From Leptospiraceae bacterium (GTDB lineage Bacteria > Spirochaetota > Leptospiria > Leptospirales > Leptonemataceae): 64,000 bases of DNA. The stretch is taken from the NCBI GenBank assembly GCA_040217195.1, contig JAVJNR010000002.1, forward strand, positions 320,001 through 384,000, written 5' to 3'. A model generated the notes under the pieces. It was given only the letters and a program-made list of their open reading frames with translations, did not search any database and was not told where the DNA came from. Shown in pieces: positions 1 to 8,559 of the stretch; within the stretch, counting starts at the first letter, position 1, and every line of letters starts with the position of its first letter. Position numbers and translations under genes: made by a program.

Positions 1-164
1 AGAACTGCCTGTCGTAGGATCGAGTGCTGAAGAACGCTATTTTCATACATGCAGAATATTTCGGGTATGAAAAACTTGCAAGGCTTTCGCGGAGGTCCTA
101 TGTAGAATTCTCGTGCGTGATTTGTTGACAGGATCTGCGATCCAGTACCATTCTGATCTTCAAT

Positions 165-1973
165 ATGGGCGAAAAAACGAAAGGGCTAATAAGCAGAAAG
201 AAGCTACTGGCCGGGATCGGAGGCATGGCTGCAGCCGGAGTATCCTACCAATTATTGAAAAGCGAGGATTCCGGACTGGGGTCAATACCACAGAAAAAGA
301 AAGTGGATCCTGCGATGTTTCGCCCTGGAATCAACCGCAACAAAGTAAAAGTCGCTTATTCGCCGGCCAGGACTCTATTAAAGAACGGATATATAGTCGA
401 CGGAACGGGTAAAAAAGGATTCGTAGGCGACCTGGTTGTGAAAGGCGATCGAATTGAATTAGTTACCGACGATGACATTGAGTTTACAGGAAAAACCGTA
501 GATTGTTCCGGACTTGTGGTAGCTCCAGGATTTATTGATCCGCATTCGCATATGGATCAGATCATCGCAGAGGATGGTCGGGAGAATCTTAAGCTACCAT
601 TTACAGAGCAAGGAATTACTACGATAGTTGTAGGAAACTGTGGTCATGGAATTGCAGGCATTGATCCGGACGGCGGTCACGAAGATCTATTGCGCAAGGG
701 CCTGGCTGGAAAAGGTGCCAATTCCTGGTCCACGTACGATCAGTATTTTGAACATCTTTCTCGATCCCGCCTGACCCACAATGTGGCTGCCATGGCCGGA
801 CATGGAACGACCAGAACCAGTATTCATGGATTCAACTCGACCCCATTGAGCTCAGATTCCCGGAAGCGTCTGCTCTATCTGCTAGATCAGGCAATGGAGC
901 ACGGAGCTCTTGGAGTTTCATTTGGGTTGCAGTACGAGCCAGGAGTGTTTACTCCGTTGGAAGAATTGAGCAAAGTGGCCGGGACTGTGGCTGCCAGAGA
1001 CAGAATCGTTAGCAGCCATATGAAGGCTTACTCCAGTATTTCTGGAACCTATCCGTTGAGGATTTTTGGCCGTCCACACAATCTGCTCGCCATAGAGGAC
1101 ATGCTCAGAATCGCCAGAGAGACAAATGTGCGAATGCAGCTTTCGCATTTGATATTTGTTGGTTCATCTTCCTGGGATACCTGCGGTGAGGCACTGGCGT
1201 TGATTGAGGAAGGTATCCAATCCGGATTGGATTTGATGTTCGATACTTATTCGTACCACTGTGGCTTTTCGGTCATTAATGTACTCTATCCAGAATGGTT
1301 TCTGGCCAGGGTACCGGAGGTATATCGAGATAGTTGGGCCCTTCTCCGCCTACGCGCAGAACTGGAGCTGATCGTTGCTTTGCTGGGCTTTGGCTATGAA
1401 AACGTTCAGGTATTGAATACAAAGCATCCTTCATTGAAGAAATACAATGGTATGTTTCTGAAAGACATCGCAGAAGATAGAGGTATGAGTCAGTTCGATA
1501 ATTTTCTGGATGTAACCGAAAAAAGCGAAGGGCGGGCGGTAGTCCTCAATCACCGGTACAGCAGTCAGGAAAACATAAAGAAATTAATGATGCATCCAGC
1601 CTCTCTGTTCATGACTGATGCTCTGGTCTATGATGAAGGAGCGCAAAATCCGGCTTCTTTTGGTTGCTATCCGAGGTTTCTGCAATTTGCCAGAGACTTT
1701 CAATTGATTTCGCTAGAGGAATGCGTCGCCAAGATGACTGGAGCTGTGGCTCGCCGGTTTCAGTTACCGCAGCGAGGCTTTTTAAAAGAAGGACACTTCG
1801 CTGATGTTACTGTATTCGATTGGGCGAATGTCATGGATCGAAACACCAGGGAAGTGACAGATAATCGGCCAGCAGGAATTGAGCAGGTATTCATTAATGG
1901 GCAGACTGTCTTGAAATCAGGCCAGGCAGCCCCAGGGTTGTCCGCAGGCCAGGTGATTCGAGCCGGAGCATAA
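165..1973 (+). CDS. Amidohydrolase, N-acyl-D-amino-acid deacylase family, with N-terminal Tat-like/membrane segment
   Basis: 602 aa. Motifs PGFIDPHSH (HxH metal site), GNCG, SHMK, MTDA and C-terminal GxxADVTVFD...VFING. N-terminus SRKKLL followed by a hydrophobic stretch. Confidence 0.85.
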   Translation: MGEKTKGLISRKKLLAGIGGMAAAGVSYQLLKSEDSGLGSIPQKKKVDPAMFRPGINRNKVKVAYSPARTLLKNGYIVDGTGKKGFVGDLVVKGDRIELVTDDDIEFTGKTVDCSGLVVAPGFIDPHSHMDQIIAEDGRENLKLPFTEQGITTIVVGNCGHGIAGIDPDGGHEDLLRKGLAGKGANSWSTYDQYFEHLSRSRLTHNVAAMAGHGTTRTSIHGFNSTPLSSDSRKRLLYLLDQAMEHGALGVSFGLQYEPGVFTPLEELSKVAGTVAARDRIVSSHMKAYSSISGTYPLRIFGRPHNLLAIEDMLRIARETNVRMQLSHLIFVGSSSWDTCGEALALIEEGIQSGLDLMFDTYSYHCGFSVINVLYPEWFLARVPEVYRDSWALLRLRAELELIVALLGFGYENVQVLNTKHPSLKKYNGMFLKDIAEDRGMSQFDNFLDVTEKSEGRAVVLNHRYSSQENIKKLMMHPASLFMTDALVYDEGAQNPASFGCYPRFLQFARDFQLISLEECVAKMTGAVARRFQLPQRGFLKEGHFADVTVFDWANVMDRNTREVTDNRPAGIEQVFINGQTVLKSGQAAPGLSAGQVIRAGA

Positions 1974-2119
1974 GATAAATAATCCAGTCGGTCCAGGTTG
2001 TCAGCAGGCCGGGTGATTCGAGCCAGAACATAAGATATATAATCCAGTCGGTCCAGGTTGTCAGCAGACCAGGTGCATCGTGAGAATGTATTAGATAGAA
2101 AATCCAGGCAGCGCGGGTT
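1936..2119. repeat. 60-bp tandem repeat, about 3 copies with the third degenerate, spanning the amidohydrolase stop codon
   Basis: Copies 1936-1995 and 1996-2055 match at 55/60 positions by manual alignment. Copy 2056-2115 is more diverged. Confidence 0.9.
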
Positions 2120-2306
2120 CACTGTTGAATCAATAACTGAAACCTGGCTGAGGTATGGATTGAAACCTACAGGGATAGGCCAAGCTAAGCCCACTGAAAA
2201 AAACTTCCTCAGAAAAATATCTGGCAGGCTTCGCAGCCAGAGAAACTAAACCTATCTGGCCGATGCGAAACCCGGAATCGAAAATGCAGGGATCTCTATT
2301 ATTCTT

Positions 2307-3713
2307 TCATCGTCGTATCTCCAGAATAGAATCTGGATTAAGACTCTGTGCGAAAATGGGATCATGGCTCACAAACATTATAGCTCCAGAATAATCATTC
2401 AAACTTGCCAGTAGCTCCTCCCGGGCCACCAGGTCCAGGTTCTGTTCCGGTTCGTCCAGTAGTAGCAGAGCAGGCTCAGCCACTGCAGCCAGACATAGAA
2501 GTATACGCATTCGTTCGCCTCCACTGAAACTGGACAGGGATCTGTGGAAATCGTCCCCCCGAATGCCAGAGTATCCCAGAAGAGTCCTCCATTGAGACAG
2601 AATATTCTGATTCGGCACCGGTTCTGCAGGACAGCAGAGTGTCCAGAGGTCCGAGAATGCAGACTCAAGGGAGCCGCTCCGTTCGAATGCATTCAAGCTC
2701 TGACTCAAATAGAATACCGTGCCTCCCAATCTAGCAGACCCCCTGAACGGATGAAGACCCAGAATGGCCCGAATGAAGGAGGATTTGCCCGCACCATTGG
2801 GACCCTGTATCCATATACGCTCCGTCCTACCAAGGGAAATGGAATGGTTCGAAGAATCCTGTCTGCCTCTAAAGGTCGGTGCGAAACCTACCGTATCCAG
2901 TGCCGATTTTCGCACATTTCCTGCCGGGATGTGAACTATGCCCCCTGTATCTCTTTGAACCGACAGCAGCTCATCTGTTGTCTGATTCAGGCGCTCATCA
3001 TTCGCTTGCGCTTTTCTTCTTGTCTGTTTTTCCAGTTTTGCGGCTGTTTTCTGGGCTCGGCCTTTTTGTTTGTTAATAAGTGACCTGGGAATATTTTGTT
3101 TCAGGTTGTCCTTTTGCGCCTTTCGAGTCCGGTGCTCCTGTCGATGCTGAATCTTTTGACCGGCCTTCTGCACTTTCTGTATTGTGGACTGGAGACTGGA
3201 AATTCTCTTTTCCCGGGCCTCTGCCTGTTGCTTTCGCACACTGGCATAGGTTTGATATCCTCCTCCATAGAACTGAAGAACACCACTTTGAAGATGATAA
3301 ATAGTCTCCACTTCGCCCAGGAAGTCCAGGTCATGACTAACGATCAATGCGTAGCCCTGAATCTGTTTCAGGAAATCCATAGCCCGACTGCGAAAGTCCA
3401 TGTCCAGGTGCCGGAAGGGTTCATCCAGAAGCAACACCGAGTTCGCAGTTAGGCCCCTTTCCATCCAATCCAGCCATCGATAAATCTGATTCTGTCCTTC
3501 GCTTAATGCTGCCGGATCGGGATGTTGTGCTCCATAGACTACGTCCACCCCGGCCTGCTGGCATCGATGATAGATCAATTTCAACAGAGTGGATTTACCT
3601 CCTCCATTTGGCCCTGTCAGAGCCATTGCGGAACAAGATAGAGTAATCTCCAGGTTGGAAAACAAATGCGCGGGCGCATCTACATCGATAGAATTCAAGT
3701 TGGTAAAATGCAT
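2307..3713 (-). CDS. ABC-F family ATPase (two NBDs, no TM domain)
   Basis: Walker A GPNGGGKS and GPNGAGKS, signatures LSEGQ and FSGGE, two LLLDEP motifs, two VSHD H-loops, long helical linker. ATG at 3713 with GGAGG SD at 3720-3724. Confidence 0.88.
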   Translation of the reverse strand: MHFTNLNSIDVDAPAHLFSNLEITLSCSAMALTGPNGGGKSTLLKLIYHRCQQAGVDVVYGAQHPDPAALSEGQNQIYRWLDWMERGLTANSVLLLDEPFRHLDMDFRSRAMDFLKQIQGYALIVSHDLDFLGEVETIYHLQSGVLQFYGGGYQTYASVRKQQAEAREKRISSLQSTIQKVQKAGQKIQHRQEHRTRKAQKDNLKQNIPRSLINKQKGRAQKTAAKLEKQTRRKAQANDERLNQTTDELLSVQRDTGGIVHIPAGNVRKSALDTVGFAPTFRGRQDSSNHSISLGRTERIWIQGPNGAGKSSFIRAILGLHPFRGSARLGGTVFYLSQSLNAFERSGSLESAFSDLWTLCCPAEPVPNQNILSQWRTLLGYSGIRGDDFHRSLSSFSGGERMRILLCLAAVAEPALLLLDEPEQNLDLVAREELLASLNDYSGAIMFVSHDPIFAQSLNPDSILEIRR

Positions 3714-3840
3714 ACTAAACCTCCGGGTTTCCCCGAATTGATAACGCTCCTGGATGGAGCATGGAAGTATCAAGTTTAGCTACGCATAGAGAGGTCCGGA
3801 GACCTGATCATAGTAAGTAATGCACCGCAAGTTTCGTCAA
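3714..3840 (-). promoter_or_regulatory. Putative promoter and structured 5' leader with uORF (attenuator-like) for the ABC-F gene
   Basis: Minus-strand TTGACG at 3835-3840. uORF MRS* at 3776-3787, extendable to MIRSPDLSMRS* from 3811. Nested inverted repeats flank the SD. Confidence 0.5.
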
Positions 3841-3841
3841 C

Positions 3842-3866
3842 AAAAAAGCCCGGCCTGAGCCGGGCT
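3842..3866 (-). terminator. Rho-independent terminator downstream of the 3-hydroxyacyl-CoA dehydrogenase gene
   Basis: AGCCCGGC-4nt-GCCGGGCT stem followed by T6 on the minus strand. Confidence 0.85.
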
Positions 3867-3934
3867 CGTTGAGCACAGAGATTTCAGTTCTCTGCTCTAA
3901 ATCGAATGTCGAAATCTATATTTCGCAGTAGATA

Positions 3935-5242
3935 TCAGGACCCGCGGAACAGTTGCCGATAGTCCAGTTTGCTTTGCAGGTTATATACAGATTTGCCGGA
4001 GATCTTTCCCAAATATTCAGGCACTGGAATTCCAGCCTGCTCTATGAATTTTTTGGTTTCATCTACTCCGCCCAATAGATCTACCCATGCAGATGGTGGT
4101 ACCCAGTTGAATCCGAATCCCATTGCTCCATCAACGCCGTCCTGATCGGTTACATCTGGAATTAGCGAGTAGGAGTAAGAGATGTAGCGTGCGATGAACC
4201 TGCGAACCAGATCTGCTTCTTCGCCTTTTTCCGTTTTCAGTAGATCAGCAAAGTGAAAATACTGGGACTCATGGATCAAAGTGGCTGCCTTCTTCTTGAA
4301 GGAAAGATCCAGTTTGGGTAATTCTTCGTAGTTTCCGGTCTTGATATTGTAGACCTTTTTAACGCTTTTGCCTTCAGGGGTCTTTTCGCGCATATAGAGA
4401 CCCTTGCCCTTCTTATTTCCCAGAGCTCCCTGATCTACAAGCTTCTGCATGTAATCCGGCATCTTAAACGTGTCGTGGGCCAAATCTTTGGTATTTTCGT
4501 AGATGTTATCCACAATTGCCTTGTGAACATCCAGTCCAACGAGGTCAGCAGTGGCCAGAGGAGCCATGGCCCGGCCGGTATAACCAGAAAGAAGCTGATC
4601 TACTAGATGGATTCCGCCTTTGTCCGCCAATTTTTCAGCATAGATGGCTGCTTCATTCATGAACTGGAATCCGATGCGATTGCCGGCAAATCCAGGTCGA
4701 TCATTTGCGATGATTACATGACGATGAAGCTTGTTTTCCAGGTAATCGGAAAGCTCTTTCGTATAGGCAGCGTCATTCTTAGGATGAACAATCAATTCGC
4801 AGAGCACCAGCTTGTACGGTGGATTGAAAAAGTGCGTGCCGTAGTAATATTTCTGTCCATCTTCGTCCAGGTGGGAAGCCAGTCTTTCGATGGAAAGTCC
4901 GGAGCTAACCGTAGAAACCAGAGTTCCAGGCTTTCGAGCCGCAGAAATGCGCTTCATTAGAGGCTCTTTGACTTCATAGCTTTCCGCTACTAACTCGAAT
5001 ACCCAGTCCGATTCGGAAACGGCCTTTTCCAGGTCATCATCATAGGTGCCCGGAATGAGATTTTCGGCGAATACTCCGGAGCGTACCGATGCAATAGCCG
5101 TCTGAACTCCCTCTTTCGCTTTATCCAGCGTTCGGGCCAGCATATACACCTTGGCGCCTCCGAAGGCAGCTACAATGGCCGCGCTATTAGCACCCATGGT
5201 TCCGTTGGCACCCAGAACCGTTACTGTCTTAAAATCCTTCAT
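3935..5242 (-). CDS. 3-hydroxyacyl-CoA dehydrogenase family protein
   Basis: Rossmann [43 protein letters not shown]. Confidence 0.88.
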   Translation of the reverse strand: MKDFKTVTVLGANGTMGANSAAIVAAFGGAKVYMLARTLDKAKEGVQTAIASVRSGVFAENLIPGTYDDDLEKAVSESDWVFELVAESYEVKEPLMKRISAARKPGTLVSTVSSGLSIERLASHLDEDGQKYYYGTHFFNPPYKLVLCELIVHPKNDAAYTKELSDYLENKLHRHVIIANDRPGFAGNRIGFQFMNEAAIYAEKLADKGGIHLVDQLLSGYTGRAMAPLATADLVGLDVHKAIVDNIYENTKDLAHDTFKMPDYMQKLVDQGALGNKKGKGLYMREKTPEGKSVKKVYNIKTGNYEELPKLDLSFKKKAATLIHESQYFHFADLLKTEKGEEADLVRRFIARYISYSYSLIPDVTDQDGVDGAMGFGFNWVPPSAWVDLLGGVDETKKFIEQAGIPVPEYLGKISGKSVYNLQSKLDYRQLFRGS

Positions 5243-5443
5243 AGCGTTTCTCTTTCTCCTGGCGCTGAATCATTGGCAGACCAGCGCATGATAATAATAC
5301 CTGGCCCGCAGGCCTCATGCTTACCGGTAAGGTAAGTGCCCCCAAGATCCGGGGCCTGGACAGCTTCCGGTGTCGGCTTTCTGAGTCAAATCCTTTGGAT
5401 TAAGCACTTTACCCGAGTTTGCTGGACTTTACAATTGCCGGAC

Positions 5444-5839
5444 ATGTTTCACCGGGATTTCATCCTACGATTGATACAGGAATTTGCAGTCTTTCTGGCC
5501 CGACTTACTGGTTTGAAGGACCGCAACGATCCGGAAGTCATTTTTCTGGAGCTAGAAAGGTCTTTTCGGCAATTTATTGGCTACGACTCTCCGTTACTGG
5601 AAAGCCTGGGGCCTAAGGGCGCCCTTTCCGTGTTATCTGCAGCTGATGGTGGAAATCCGGATCAACTGGCCATGGGCGCCATTCTGTTTCGGGAAAAGGC
5701 CAGTAACTATGATACCTACGGAGATCCACAAAAAGCGGAGAAATGCAGGGAGATTTCCAGAACCTTGAAATCAGCCATCGGAGAGCGGCCGCTTACAAAG
5801 GAGATTGCGCGGCTGCTGGATCCCGAATCGGATCAGTGA
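5444..5839 (+). CDS. Hypothetical helical protein (DUF6483-like, N-terminus MFHRDFILRLIQEF)
   Basis: ATG at 5444 gives 131 aa. The RDFILRLI start recalls DUF6483; family call is from memory. Confidence 0.6.
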   Translation: MFHRDFILRLIQEFAVFLARLTGLKDRNDPEVIFLELERSFRQFIGYDSPLLESLGPKGALSVLSAADGGNPDQLAMGAILFREKASNYDTYGDPQKAEKCREISRTLKSAIGERPLTKEIARLLDPESDQ

Positions 5840-5849
5840 GTGGGCTGAG

Positions 5850-7382
5850 TTAGAGGCCCAGCCGGTATTCCGCGCCAAAGCTTATTCGGGAATGATGGTC
5901 GCGGAGACCTCCAAATTTGAGGTTCTCGTTATATGACTGGATGGTATAGTATGCATCCAGCGGGGCCAGGTTACTGAAATTTTGAGCGATGTTCGGTTCC
6001 GTTACAGTGGCCTTTCCGGTCTGGCCTGCCAGACCTACATAAAGTCTTACTTCCGGAAGCAAATTATAGTAAAGCGTTGATTCCAGAGAAGTGCCTTCAT
6101 AGAATATCTTTGGATCCAGGCGAAAGGTGCGCTCTCCTGTGTAGGCACCCCCTGAATCGAAGAATTGTCCTCTGGACTCAGATACTGCGGATCCCTGGAG
6201 CTGAACAGCACCGCCCCGTAATTTCCACTGAAAGGATTGGCCCATCAGCTGAAAAGAGTAAAGAACCTCCAGGCTACCTCTTACTCCTCGTAGCCACATT
6301 CGATTTGTTGCGCTCTGTAATCCAAAGTAGCTCAATGCAGATGTTTGAAAACCAAAAGCGCTACCGTCATTATTTGAAGAAGTGAATTGTCCTATGTATT
6401 CCGCTACGGGTCTCACTTCCAGAAACTCATTGGAGTATGCTGTGAATCCCAGGCCCACTGCATGTTCCACCCGGTTCAGATCCCGGGCATAATCCAGATC
6501 CATCAGAAAGGAATCTGTGGGCAGACCGGTTAATACATCTGTAGTTGTACCCAGCTCAAATGTGGCCTGGCTATGGGCCGCCTCCAATCTTCTGGAAGAA
6601 AGTTTAACCAAAAATCTGTCATATAGGTATTCTATCTCACCGCCATACGAAGCTCCATCTACATAGCTGGCCGGCGAAGAGGTAATAGATTTCTGGCTCA
6701 ATGGTCCGCGGATCTGATTGAACTCCTCAGAGAATGGAATAAAAACTGGCCTGATACGACCGGCACCCCCTTCCAGGCGAAAGCGAATTTCATGACGATT
6801 CACTTCTTCTCCGATGAGGGTCCTCCATAGATCGCTTTCCCAGAAACTACTATCCTTTCTTTGTTGTTCCCTGCGTTCCCGTTCTTCTCTTGCCAGTTCT
6901 TCTGGAGTCTTCTCCTCCACAGGGTCGGTAGTTTCCTGCTCCCGAGTTTCTTCTGCTTGCTCGGCTTTCTCTTGCTCAATACGATCGAGGATTTCTTGCT
7001 GTCGTTTCTGCTCTTCCTGCTTTCTCTGCTCTTCTTGTTGCTTGCGTCTTTGTTCTTCCAGGCGTTTTCGCTCTGCTTCAGCCTGCCTGCGCTCTTCCTG
7101 TTGTCGTCTTAGTTCCTCTTCGCGTTTTTTATCTTCCTCTGCATCATCGTTTCCATAATTATTATTGTATAGAATTCGAGCGATTTGTCTTTTCGAAATA
7201 ACGCGACGCTTGTTTCCAGATACAATCACTACATTGGCCTGATTTTGCTGGATAATGCGGCCATTGATGGAGCTGCCATCCCGAAGCAGAACTGTATCTG
7301 CGAATAGACCTGCAGGTAGTAGAAAAAGGACCAGGATCCATCCTGTAAGAAGGTTCAGGTTAATGGTAAATATTTTCTTCAT
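5850..7382 (-). CDS. Secreted LA_0442/LA_0875 N-terminal-domain-like protein with coiled coil and probable C-terminal outer-membrane beta-barrel
   Basis: Signal peptide ending LFA. DTVLLRDGSSINGRIIQQN domain, E/Q/R-rich coil, alternating beta-strand pattern, C-terminus ISFGAEYRLGL. Confidence 0.7.
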   Translation of the reverse strand: MKKIFTINLNLLTGWILVLFLLPAGLFADTVLLRDGSSINGRIIQQNQANVVIVSGNKRRVISKRQIARILYNNNYGNDDAEEDKKREEELRRQQEERRQAEAERKRLEEQRRKQQEEQRKQEEQKRQQEILDRIEQEKAEQAEETREQETTDPVEEKTPEELAREERERREQQRKDSSFWESDLWRTLIGEEVNRHEIRFRLEGGAGRIRPVFIPFSEEFNQIRGPLSQKSITSSPASYVDGASYGGEIEYLYDRFLVKLSSRRLEAAHSQATFELGTTTDVLTGLPTDSFLMDLDYARDLNRVEHAVGLGFTAYSNEFLEVRPVAEYIGQFTSSNNDGSAFGFQTSALSYFGLQSATNRMWLRGVRGSLEVLYSFQLMGQSFQWKLRGGAVQLQGSAVSESRGQFFDSGGAYTGERTFRLDPKIFYEGTSLESTLYYNLLPEVRLYVGLAGQTGKATVTEPNIAQNFSNLAPLDAYYTIQSYNENLKFGGLRDHHSRISFGAEYRLGL

Positions 7383-7397
7383 AACAGGGGAGTGGAG

Positions 7398-8465
7398 TTA
7401 CTGATCTGATAGAGTCTGGGCTTTTGCCAGGCGCTCCAGTACCTCCTTTTCTTTTTGTAGCTTGCTCTTATTGTTTTCCAGAAAGAATGGATCATCGGGG
7501 TTGGCCAGCAAGATATTGATTTGTTCCAGGGCTCGCACATAATCGCGGGATTCTCTGTAGATATCGGCCAGATAGTAGTGGAGCGAAAGATCATAATCCT
7601 TGCGACGGTCCCCGCCCAGAGTTTCTGTGGGAACACTTTCCAGCAGTACCTGAGCTCTCAATCTATCTCCAGAAGCAAGCATCAGTCGGGCCATTCCAAT
7701 CTTCATCTTTGAGTTGTCCGGAAAACTCTTCAGACCCTTTTTTAGATAGATTTCCGCCTGGGGTCTTCGTCCAGTTTCCAGGGAATAGATTCCAAGTGCA
7801 TACAAAGCATCCGGTCGCAATGGAGCTTTTGTATGGGCTTTGCGATAATAATGCATCACACAACGATGGTCCTGGAGCTCTTCGCAAGCCTTCGCAATGT
7901 TCAAATACGGTCCGGGATCATTTGGGATCAGTCCAGATAATCTCTGAAAAAGGCTGATGGATTGCTCAAAATTGCGGAGCAATAGCTGCAATCTGGCCGC
8001 ATTATACAAGAATGGATAGAACTGGGGATCTGATTTCAGTCCGGCTTCGAATCGCTCCAGGGCAAGCTGCCTGTTCTTTCTGTCCGAGATGTCTCTTAGG
8101 AGCTCATCCACTGTTTCATTATTGAAGCGCGCTATGTTGTTTTCTGTATTTCCCTGCCATTCAACGGGAGTAGTCCCTGCTGGTCCCGGTCCCTGGAAAT
8201 CCTTGCCGGTGCACAGAATAAAGTCCTGTTTGGTTCGGATGAAAGTGCCCTCGGGTGTGGACACTCCTGGCATGGGACTGCCATCTTCGGGAATTAATAG
8301 ATCAGGAAATCGCGGTGACTCTGCTTTCAGGCCATTTTGGGTCAGGGCAGCTATTGTGGCTAGAAGCAGCAGTTTGCTAATTCGAGAAATTAGGGAATGT
8401 TTCAGCGTCACTGGTCTGGATGCCGGGATATGGTAGCTAGTCTTAACTTTATTCCTGCAAACCAT
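7398..8465 (-). CDS. Tetratricopeptide repeat protein, probably exported (start uncertain; GTG at 8411 possible)
   Basis: Repeated TPR helices (FLYNAARL, PYLNIAKA, ALYALGIY, HYYLADIY). Hydrophobic N-terminal LLLLATIAAL. Confidence 0.75.
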   Translation of the reverse strand: MVCRNKVKTSYHIPASRPVTLKHSLISRISKLLLLATIAALTQNGLKAESPRFPDLLIPEDGSPMPGVSTPEGTFIRTKQDFILCTGKDFQGPGPAGTTPVEWQGNTENNIARFNNETVDELLRDISDRKNRQLALERFEAGLKSDPQFYPFLYNAARLQLLLRNFEQSISLFQRLSGLIPNDPGPYLNIAKACEELQDHRCVMHYYRKAHTKAPLRPDALYALGIYSLETGRRPQAEIYLKKGLKSFPDNSKMKIGMARLMLASGDRLRAQVLLESVPTETLGGDRRKDYDLSLHYYLADIYRESRDYVRALEQINILLANPDDPFFLENNKSKLQKEKEVLERLAKAQTLSDQ

Positions 8466-8559
8466 ACTACAGTATCGGACGATCTTTCCATACCGTTTGT
8501 TTTCTCTGAGGTCCTTTTTCTGGCCGAAAAGGGGAAAAAACCGGCGGTACCCTGGAGCT

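Noticed and set aside
1936..2119. CRISPR array or DGR template/variable repeat interpretation of the 60-bp periodicity
   Set aside because: The whole unit is repeated with no unique spacers, and there are no cas genes. Only 3 of 5 differences fall at adenines of copy 2 and no reverse transcriptase is present.
1760..2249. ORFs 1760..2194 (-) and 2058..2249 (+)
   Set aside because: By-products of the tandem repeat and antisense frames; no SD or recognisable motifs.
3907..3934. TGTCGAAATC matching the ECF42 -35 region
   Set aside because: No CGTC/CGAC at the expected spacing, and it points antisense into a gene end.
6814..7158. Ser/Cys/Leu-rich + strand ORFs
   Set aside because: Antisense shadow of the E/Q/R-rich coiled coil in 5850..7382.
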